Shown here: positions 50,842 through 60,674 of the stretch, in pieces
Layout of the letters: each line of letters begins with the position of its first letter
How positions within the stretch are numbered: position 1 is the stretch's first letter
From: Oikopleura dioica
Lineage: Eukaryota; Animalia; Chordata
Reading direction: 5' to 3'
Assembly: GCA_907165135.1 (NCBI GenBank)
Contig: OU015568.1
Location: forward strand, 16,069,208 to 16,133,207
Length of the DNA: 64,000 nt
Notes under the pieces: model-generated
Databases searched by the model: none
What the model saw: only the letters and a program-made list of their open reading frames with translations
What the model was told of the DNA's origin: nothing
Program-made: the position numbers and the translations under genes

Positions 50842-53698
50842 ATGAAGATTCTTGTTGGGTCCCTTCTTGGGATAGCAATAGGGGAATCAGAGCCGGCATG
50901 TCTGCCAAACTCGAGTTACAATGAATGTGGCACTGCTTGCCCGAGTGTCTGTGGAATCCCAGATGCAGATTTTTGTATAGAAGTCTGTGTCCCTGGGTGC
51001 TTTGTGAGTGTTATTTCGACAGTTGGCGATATTTAATGAGGTTCTAGTGTGATCGTGGGTTTATCCTCGATGAAAAAGACGGAGTTTGCATTTCTGAAGA
51101 TGACTGTAACACGAATGGAACAGTCACCATTCCTCCACTTCCGGAGGAATGTCCAGGAGACCAGGTTTTTCAGACATCATGTTGCTCGACTCAGGGATGT
51201 TCCGAAGACTTTCCCGTTCTTTGCCACAGTATCCTCCCGGGAGGAACTTGCCCGCGAATGTGCGTCTGTCCAGATGACAAGCTTTGGGATGATAAGAACC
51301 AAATCTGCGTGGAAGAGTCTGAGTGCCCTAAAGAATGCCCGCCCGGACTTGAAATGAAAAAAGCTTGCTGCTCTCAACAAACATGTGACAACGATCCTGT
51401 TTTGTGCCTTGATCTCCGTAATCAATAATGAAATTTTAATGAAGCAAAATTAATTCAGCTCCTGGAGGCGAATGCCCCGAAATGTGTACTTGCCCGGATC
51501 AAAGTCAAACCTACGACAAAGAGTCTCAAACCTGCGTCTCCCGAGATGAGTGCCCAAAAACCTGCGGTGAAAATGAAGACTGGAACGATTGTGGAACTGC
51601 CTGTCCACCCGTCTGTGGCGAGCCAGCGCCAGCTTTTTGCATTGAAATGTGCATTTCCGGTAATTTGATGATTTTGATTCTCTTTATCTTCTATCATTAA
51701 TCAAAAGAAAATAATCTGTCAAAATTTAATCTGAACGACGTTGATAAATGAGTAAATAATCGCCTAAAATTTTAATTTTCAAATTTAATTAATGCATCTT
51801 CCGAATCTAAAATAAATGCTGCTGATAGGATGTGAATGCGAAAAAGGCTTCATCAGGGATGGCAAAGGCGGCAACTGTATTCCAGAAGATAGTTGTCCAG
51901 CGGAAAGTGAACAGTCCTGCCCAAATAACGAGCATTTCGTCGACTGCGTCGAAGAGTGCGGTCCTCAGTGTTCCTTTCCTCGGCCCGTTTGCGATCAGCG
52001 CCCTCCCGGTGTTCCGTGCGATGGTGGCTGTACTTGCGATGATGGATTTTTGAGAGACGAGGCCGGAAACTGCCAGTCAGAAGACAAATGCCCGAGTGAG
52101 ATTTGCCCTGAAAACGAGGTCTGGTCACCTTGTGATAGAACTTGCGAGGATACTTGTGAAAACCCGGATTTTTCGAAAGTTTGCAGGCCAATTGCTTGTG
52201 GAAAAGCTATGTGCACATGCGCTTATGGCTATGCGAGGAACGAGGGTGGACTTTGTATTTCAAAGAAGGTACTAAAGCTTCTTTATTCAGTTGTTGAAAA
52301 TATTCTTCAAAGAAATGCGCCGCGTTAGCTGAGGAACAAGAAATGCTCGACTTTGAGGGAGAGGAATTCCCAGGTCTTGAAGAGTCGAAAAAATGTGATC
52401 CCTCAACTCTTCCCTTTGCCTCCCGCTACAACTTCAAAAAGAAACCAGTGAAGCCTGGCAAGAACATCAAACTGACATGCAAAGACGCGAAAAAGAACCC
52501 GAAAAAGACGAAATTCGTGAAATGCAAAGTCGCCAAAGATGAAAGCGGAAATAAACTTGGAGCGTATTTTGCGCTCAATGGCGATGTCCATGAATTTTAT
52601 GATGATTGCCCGGCTGGTTGCTCCTTAGGTCAGTTTTTCAATGACCAAATGTTTGTTTAAGGGTAATGGTATACATCGGCGCGGCGCTGCTCGCTCGATC
52701 TGCGCTCCGCCAGAACCTATTTCTCACGAGGCCGTAAAATCTGAACGGATAAAGATTTTTCAAAATTTAAAAAGATTCTGAATTATCAAAGTCACTTCTT
52801 TTAACACAGCAAAACTGATAATGATTGTCAAAGAGGTACTATCTGAAAATTGCCAGTTTCCTTCAAATGACATTTTCTTCGACATTACTCATCCAAAATT
52901 TTTGAAAATTAGACTGTCTTGTAGAGAATCGTCAGCTCCTGTTTTTCAGATTTTTGTTTTAAGCTCTTCGGATTTTAATATGCGATCTTGAAGTCAGCGC
53001 TGTGAGGTCGTGGCGTGAGAAATAGACAGCGGAGAGGCGCGAGAAGAAGTAGCGCTCTTTACAAATTGCGATTTAAAATTAATGAAAGCCTTAAACAAAA
53101 ATCTGAAAAACAGGATTTGTAGAGCTGACGATTCTCTACAAGACAGTCTAATTTTCAAAAATTTTGGATGAGTAATGTCGAAGAAAATGTCATTTGAAGG
53201 AAACTGGCAATTTTCAGATAGTTCCTCTTTGACAATCATTACGATTTTTGCTGTGTTTATAGAAGTGACTTTGATTATTCAGAATCTTTTGAAATTAAAA
53301 AAATCTTTATCCGTTCAGATTTTACGGCCCCGTGAGAAATAGGTTCTGGCGGAGCGCGGATCGAGCGAGCAGCGCCGCGCCGATGTATACCATTACCCTT
53401 AATATTTTTAGATCAAAAAGAGTCGTTGATCTTTTTGGCACCAGTTTGGAAACAAATTGCGACGAGTTCGGCCCAGGTACTGCTTCTTTTAGACGACCAG
53501 AAGTCCAGCGTATTTTCAGAGAGCAAGTGCAAGTTCTCTTGCATCTCAGGAAACGGAGACCGAATTGGGCCAAAGAACGCTGTCAAATGCGTTTGCAAAA
53601 CGAAGAAAGGAAAAAGAGTTTGCGCATGGAAATTCAAAAAGAACGATGATTTCATCAAAGCGCAACTTGGAAATGATCCATCAAAGAAATGCGTTTGA
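50842..53698 (+). CDS. Secreted protein with about six TIL (trypsin-inhibitor-like Cys-rich) repeats and two Lys-rich Cys domains
   Basis: Signal peptide MKILVGSLLGIAIG; TIL repeats such as CLPNSSYNECGTACPSVC..C..C..GC.C..G and CGENEDWNDCGTACPPVC; C-terminal KKCDP..LTCK..KCK and KCKFSC..KCVC..CAW; stop 53696-53698. Confidence 0.85.
52661..53398. mobile_element. Foldback TTAA-flanked element (Kolobok-like) in an intron of the TIL gene
   Basis: Starts gggtaatggtatacatcggcgcgg, ends with its reverse complement; near-identical arms of roughly 300 bp; TTAA at 52657-52660 and 53399-53402. Confidence 0.92.
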
Positions 53699-53739
53699 TT
53701 TTCTCAATTCTGTTGTTCGTTATTCGCAAAAATAAACTT

Positions 53740-53920
53740 GTATTCTCGCAAAAGACTTTTAAAAGAGCTGTTTACTTGTCTGACACGAACATTGCAACTT
53801 ATCTCAATTAATGTAATAGTGATGCCTTCATTGCAATTGGAAAGTACGATGAAGAAAACGGCAATTGCAACTGCAATTTGTGTGCAACGTGCGAGAGGTG
53901 GTGGGACAGTCCGCCCTAAA
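53740..53920 (+). pseudogene. Decayed small Cys-containing gene upstream of kinase copy 1
   Basis: ..TNIATYLN*CNSDAFIAIGKYDEENGNCNCNLCATCERWWDSPP*; homologous to 60470-60620; in-frame stop. Confidence 0.45.
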
Positions 53921-54003
53921 CTGAATAAACACTTTTGTTCGGAAGATTTCATAGCGTTTTTACGGAGGATTTGTTCTGAGACGTAACATATTTCATTAAA
54001 AAA

Positions 54004-57000
54004 ATGCAAGTTTCAACGCATCCAAAAGGATTAACAAGAGAAGCTGTTGCGAAATGGCTGGAAGATTTTAAAAAGAAATTGAAAAGAACGACGAGCAGAG
54101 ATGATTTGGATAGACTGATTTTGTCGGTGGAGAGATACGATTTTAAATTAGATTTTCATGCTAACTGGGAGGCGGTTATTTTTAAAAATGGAAAAGGAAA
54201 AGTTCTTGGTAGACAGACTTGGTTGTCAGAAGAATGGGAAATAACTTCATTTCAAAAAATGATCCTCGACAAAAATCCGCAACTCGAAGGTCGAATAATT
54301 AAACGCTCAGAACTAATAGAGGAAACCGGACAATGGATTATCGACGAATTTCTTCAGCAAAATTTAATTTCAGCCGGAGGAGAAGCGATTGTTCTTGAAG
54401 ACAAATTTGGAGAATTGGAAGGGGCCGTTCGGGTTCAGGTTTTTGATTCGGCGCTTTTTACGGGGAAAACTGAAGAAATGGAATATGAAATTAATCTTTC
54501 GGAAGGTATTTTTTATTTTTTAAAATACAGTCGTTACGCACGGTTAGCGGACATTATAAACAAACGGACATTATAAACAAACGGACATTATAAACAAAAC
54601 GGACATTATAAACATTTTTTAATTTATGAAAATCAGAACGGACATTATAAACAAAACGGACATTATAAACAAACGGACATTATAAACAAAATAAAAAATG
54701 TTTATAATGTCTGTTTGTTTATAATGTCCGTTTTGTTTATAATGTCCGTTGTAACTTTCAGAAATTCAAGAAATGTTTATAATGTCCCTTTTGTTTATAA
54801 TGTCCGTTTCGGAATTCCATTGGAATCGTTACAAAGGATAAACTATACACATTTAAAGTGACCCTCCCTGGAGAAAACTTTTTCGAAATAAGAATCGAAA
54901 AAATTTAACCTATGATAAAATTTTTGATTAAGAAAGTCTACCCCTTCTAACGCAATGATTTTGCTACTTAAAAATGCAAGTCTACTCGAGGATTTGCTGT
55001 CAGATTGGTGATTCGCGCCTGTCAGAAGGTGAATTTATTCACAGATTCCTGTGCCCCTAACCACGGGGCTACGCCCCTTAGGTCCTAAAATGCCGGGGTC
55101 TAGTCTATGGTTACTTAGGGTTACCTTCGGTATCCCTAACTAACCCTAGCCTATCCCCCTCGGGTGAGTTAGTTCTGTCATTTTGCCCAGTGCCCCTAAC
55201 ACTAACCTCAAATTATAGATAGTACATATTGCTAAAATGATAAAATATATACTATCTATAAATTATAGATAGTACATATTGCAACAAATGGGCGAAAATT
55301 TCTAAGCTTTCGAAAGACTCCTTATATGGCTTATTAAGATGACAATAAAAAACCGAAAAAAATCGGATTTTCATGCTAGCTAAGTACAATTAATATGCAT
55401 TTTTGCAATTTTTGAAGGCCAAAATCTCGGGGATAGATGTTCGTAAGGGGGTCATGTGACACATCAAAATGATCCTCAGAAAACTGGGAATCTTAAAATG
55501 TCAAACATAGACCCTTATCAAAGAGTTGAAAAAACAGGCGGTATCCCTTAAGTGTGTATAGTTTATCCTTTGTAACGATTCCAATGAAATTCCGAAATTG
55601 CAAACGGACATTATAAACAAAAGGGACATTATAAACATTTCTTGAATTTCTGAAAGTTACAACGGACATTATAAACAAAACGGACATTATAAACAAACAG
55701 ACATTATAAACATTTTTTATTTTGTTTATAATGTCCGTTTGTTTATAATGTCCGTTTTGTTTATAATGTCCGTTCTGATTTTCATAAATTAAAAAATGTT
55801 TATAATGTCCGTTTTGTTTATAATGTCCGTTTGTTTATAATGTCCGTTTGTTTATAATGTCCGCTAACCGTTACGCACAATTCCGGACACTTTTTTTTTC
55901 AGCAAAAAGGGCCAAATGTCCGGAATTGTGCGGATTCTAGATGGAAAAAATTTTTGTTTTCAAAATGCTTGTTTTTTATTCAAAACGTAAAATATCGAGA
56001 AAAAAGCAGAAGCCAGAAAAGCCGAAGAAACAAGCAAGCATTCTTAGTTTTTTTGCAAGAAAATGATCAAGTAAAATAAATTTCAGTTAATGTTTCTCCT
56101 TGGATTTTATTGTGACATGTTTCGATCTTTGTTAGATCATTTTCAAACTAAAGAACAGCTACAGTAAGTCACAAATAATAGGGAGGGGCTCGAAACAATT
56201 CTGCATGCAGAACTATTCTGCAAAAAAAAGAACTATTCTGCAAAAAATGGAACTATTCTGCGTTTCGCACAACTATTCTGCCGAGTGCAGAACTATTCTC
56301 AAAATGTAGAACTATTCTGCAAAATACAGAACTATTCTGCACGAAAGCAGAACTATTCTTTATATCCAGAACTATTCTGCAATATAAAGAACTATTCTGC
56401 ATTTCGTGAATATAGCACGCGACAGGCCTTCGGCCCTTACGCGCGCATTTTCTGGTAGGAAACTCATTGGGTTGGCAGGGGCAGTCTTTCTCTACCGCTG
56501 GGACTCCAATCTTTCGGAAATTTGAGTCTTTTTGGTGTTTATTTGTGCTTATATCCGTTTTGGCGGATGCAGAACTATTCTCCGGAAAATGCAGAACTAT
56601 TCTGCATGCAGAATTATTTCGATCGAATAAGGGCGAGATTTGATCGAAACAATTCTGCATTTTGCAGAACTATTCTGCATGCAGAATTGTTTCGATCGTT
56701 TCCCAAATAATAGGAGAAAAGAATACCTTTGAGTTGTTATGAATTTTAAATAGGAAAAACGCAATTGAACAGAAAAAGCGAGGTGCAGTTGTTTTTGAGA
56801 TGGAGCAGCTCCTCGCTTTTTCTGTTCAGTTGCGTTTTTCGTAAATTCATAACGACTCAAGGGTATTCTTTTCTCCTACTACTTGTGACTTACTGTAGCT
56901 GTTCTTTAGTTTGAAAATGACTCTAACAAAGATCGAAACATGTCACAATAAAATCCAAAGAGAAACATTCAATCTTGGTCAACTTATACGATATAAATTT

Positions 57001-59252
57001 CAGTTAATATTTTTTGTCGAATTGTCCGGAATTGTGCGTTTTTTAATTTTTTCCGTTTTCCTCTAAATGTCCGGAATTGTGCGTTACGGAATTGTGCGTA
57101 ACGACTGTAGTTTCTCCTTTTAAAGGTCTAAACCAATTATCGGAAAATTTAATTTTGGAGAAATGAATTTTGAAACGATTAATTTAGGAAAAATGAATTT
57201 TTAAACGATTAATTTTTAAAAAATAATCTAGGACCGACTTATATTGGAAATCCAAATCTCTAGGATCCATTTTTGGATGACCAATAAGATTGCCGTATTT
57301 GGCCTACCGGCCAATCAAAACCCTTCTTCATAAAATCATTTCAAAAATTAGTTCTTCCCAAATTACTCGTTTCAAAATAATTTTATCCCCACTAATTGTT
57401 CCTAAATTATTTTATCCTCACTAATCGTTTCTCTACTAACTTCTCCAAAATTAAATTTTCCAAAAATTGGTTTAACCCCTTTTTAAGACTACGATACCGC
57501 GCAGACCGAGGAAAAAGATGACGCTGAAGTCATCCCTGTTCATCAAAACGTGATCAAAAACTTCTGCAACATCGAAATTTACGCGGTGAAAGACGAAAAA
57601 AGAGAGGACTGCCTCGGATGGATTACGATTATGGAGAAATGCGACTCAGATTTGAGAAGCAGACTGAAAAAGGACGATTTGAGCTTGGAGCAAAGGAAGA
57701 GAATTGCGATGAAAGTGGAAGAAGGAAGAGATTATTTAAAGAGCATTGGAATTTGGCATCAAGATCAGAAGCCGGAAAATATTTTGTTGAAAAATGAAGA
57801 ATGCAAATGGATCGATTTTGGGACAATTGAAGAAGAGACTGGAAGGGAGAGCTACCGAAGGATGGGCTACGCGAGGAAAGGGAGCAAATATCGTGGTAAT
57901 AGCTACTTGTGTAAGTTTTGAATTGAAAATATTTGGAAATAATTTGCTCGCGTTTTTTTTCTCAGATGCTGGATCAGCTGCCTTTTCGGAAAGTTATCAA
58001 CTTTGTGGAAGATTAGGAGGAGATAGATCACAACTTCACGTTTTTATTCTTTGTGATTGGAAAACAGCGTGGAGTCTTCTTTTCAAGCCAATCGAAGAAA
58101 AAGAAAGAAAGAAAATCAAAAAAGAACTAAAGGTAAGAGCTTGTTTCTGCAATTGAATAAATATTTCAAGGCGTACAATGCTGAGTGGCTCTCAAGAGAA
58201 ACTCCATCAACCGAAGAAATCGAAAACTTTTCAAAAATAATTTCTCTTAAAAACCCTTCTTGTGATTTTTGCGTTGACGATCCAAATTTGACAAAATCCT
58301 CAGCAATGGGTAATCTTAAACAAAAGCTGACACGACAGATCAATTTCGACTTCGAGAATGTGACGAAGAATGTTTTAAACCAAAAAGAAAGCAATCTTTG
58401 TGTTCCCATTTCAGTTTCTGTTCTTTTGAGATGGGCAATCAAAAATGATTTGAAATTTGATGATTGGATGATGGAAAATGATTTTACTCTCGAAAAAATC
58501 TTCACAACTCTGACAATGGTAATTTATCCGCGCAGTTTGGCTGGATTTAATCTCAATCCGAAAAAAGAAGAACAAGAATTTCAAGCGAACGAAATCGAAT
58601 TGCTTCTCAGAAGAATGAAATTTGATACTTATCTGAATGAAAGTGGATGGGACAAATTATAATATATCTATTTAGAAGCGAAATTTGATTATGAAAAAGG
58701 TTTTTCAGGAGCAAAACTAAATATTCATTACAATTCTAGTTATCCTGCATCGCAACTTCACCTTTTCCCGCGCTATGACCGTCATCGGCTGTTACCTAAA
58801 TCCCGACGACTCAATAATTTTCCATCAAATGGTGCTGGACCGAATCGAGAACTCCGAATTCATTCTCCAAAACTCTCTCATCGATCATTTCGGCTCTCAA
58901 ATCAGAATCCCTCTTTCTCGCGACTTCTACGCTTCTGAAGAAATGATGAAGGACTGCTTCAACTGCTACAACGATTTTGTTTATTACGGAGAGAACAACG
59001 AGTTTCTTGCTTTGGTCAACGAAAATTTCAACATGGAAAAAGAAAAATGGTACCTCCTACCTCAAGCTTATTCAATAACTCTTACTCCACCTCAAGAATA
59101 CTCACTAAGCTCTCAAAGCTCGGATTCACAAAGCCAGGTAAAATTTAATCCAGCTTTAATATTCTAATTTTAATCTCTAGGCGTCAATTTTTCGAAAAGT
59201 AAAAAAGAAACTTCAATCAGCAGGACGCCGCCTCAAGAAGTTTTTTCATTAA
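54004..59252 (+). CDS. Protein kinase fused to papain-like cysteine protease domain (copy 1)
   Basis: Kinase: LISAGGEAIVL, AVRVQ, HQDQKPENILL, WIDFG. Protease-like: NFDFENVTKNVLNQKESNLCVPIS, FHQMVLDRIENSEFILQNS. Intron 1 (54506-57487) swollen by MITEs. In-frame TAA at 58660-58662 is either a premature stop or lies in a 33-nt GT-AG intron (58643-58675). Confidence 0.8.
54542..55869. mobile_element. GG-ended foldback element with 9-bp TSD (Merlin- or Mutator-like), nested in the Tc1-like TIR
   Basis: Termini ggttagcggacattataaac / gtttataatgtccgctaacc; TSD gttacgcac at 54533-54541 and 55870-55878; arms made of ggacattataaac repeats. Confidence 0.9.
56090..56995. mobile_element. Foldback element with cagaactattctg repeats, nested in the Tc1-like MITE
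   Basis: About 85-bp inverted arms (56090-56175 vs 56884-56970); many internal cagaactattct repeats; 16-bp direct repeat ataaatttcagttaat flanking. Confidence 0.75.
57120..57482. mobile_element. AT-rich MITE at the 3' end of kinase copy 1 intron 1
   Basis: Absent from the homologous intron of copy 2; imperfect termini aggtctaaacc / ggtttaacccct and inverted aaaattaattttggagaa motifs. TSD unclear. Confidence 0.6.
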
Positions 59253-59488
59253 AAGATATTATTGATTAATAAAACACTTATAAAGAAAAAGAATTTTTAT
59301 CCGGCTTTATTATAGAGTAATTGTCAAACGTCATAATTACTTTTTAATTTTGCGTTATATTTTCTCTATTCTGTGGTTCGTTTTTCGCAAAAATAAATAT
59401 TCTTTCAAACGAATTTTTTTAATCATAAATAATATTTATTAAAGATCCGGGAAAGGTAAAAATGCAGCAAAAAGGAATGAACAAAGTA

Positions 59489-59898
59489 CTATCTCCTCAC
59501 ATCGTAGCGTGAAAACTGTTTCGAAAGCTCCAGTTTCGTATTTCGACTGACATCTCCAAGCCGCCTCGAGAGCGAACCCTTCTTGTCCAGCGTAAAGCTC
59601 CGTGCCTCCTGGACGTTACAAACGAGCGATTCTAGCGTCGAAACGGGAACCTTGCGTTCGCTTTGTCGGGGGCGCGTTATTTCGTGGCTTTTGCTTCGCT
59701 GGGGCGGCGCTGGTTTCTGCGCTTTTCCGTCCTGCTCTTTTATCGGGTGCAGCTTGCGCAGACGATGGCACACCGTCGCACTAGATAGAGCATAGTTACT
59801 GTGTAATTTCAAGCCACTGGCACTTACGCTGGCCACTGATGGATGATATTCAAGTTGCCATTGGCGTCGCCCGCCATCTTCGTCTTCGGGGGCAACAT
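59489..59898 (-). CDS. Small basic orphan protein, two exons
   Basis: ATG 59898 MLPPKTKMAGDANG..., gtaagt..tctag intron, second exon in frame with ORF 59489-59836. Confidence 0.5.
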
Positions 59899-60050
59899 AA
59901 CATTACTCTCCTCCTTCATCAAATACTCATTTTAGGTCAAAACATGCTTTTATTCCACGAAAATTGTACATAAACTGCAAGAGCAAAAAATAATTTAGTA
60001 CGTTCTTCGCGTAAGATTCGCCAAGACTTTGTATTTGTTCTGACCCAAAC

Positions 60051-60620
60051 GTGGCTTGGAGTGGATCTCTTTGCTTGTGTGCGATTGCCGTGGCGATTGT
60101 TTTGATACTTTTTCCAGGTAAGAAATTACGGCCTTTATACTGTATTCTGTGCTCGGGAGTTGGAAGTTGTATAGGCCAAATATGCCCAGATTTTCAAAAT
60201 GATAACATGCGAAACATGCGCAGCTTGCGAGAAATTATGATGAAAGGGATAGAAACTTGTCTCGAAATTCAATAAAGAGTTACGTTTAAAATATGCGATA
60301 ATGAGCATGCGAAAAGATGCATCAAAATATAAGTGCCTGTTTTTTGAAGAAAATTTTCTTATCATAAATTATATTTGTTAAAGAACCGGGAAAAGAGGCT
60401 CCTTGTTGAGTCTTCCGAAGACTCGTTTTCCTCCATGAGTTCGCATTGCGAACTTCGCAAGCTCTACTCTAAATAATTGCTTGATACAAATATTTCGACT
60501 TTTCTCAATCAATGGTTTAGTGATGCCTTAATTGAACATGGAAAGTACAAAGATGAAAAAACTGCAATTGCAGTGTGTCCTTCGCGCGAGAGGTGGTTGG
60601 ATGGTCCACCGTTGACTGAG
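60051..60620 (+). pseudogene. Decayed small gene upstream of kinase copy 2
   Basis: Hydrophobic Cys-rich start followed by gtaag; interrupted by the dispersed repeat; 3' part ..TNISTFLNQWFSDALIEHGKY.. homologous to 53740-53920, with a stop at a different position. Confidence 0.4.
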
Positions 60621-60674
60621 TAAATATTTTAGTAACTCTCGGGCTTGGACGTGTATCACATTTTAATTGAAAAA

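Larger units (their letters stand above)
54528..57107. mobile_element. Tc1/mariner-like MITE (TA TSD) hosting nested elements
   Basis: TIR cagtcgttacgcac / gtgcgtaacgactg; TA at 54526-54527 and 57108-57109; empty site visible in copy 2 intron (aaaa-ta-gtttctcc). Confidence 0.88.
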
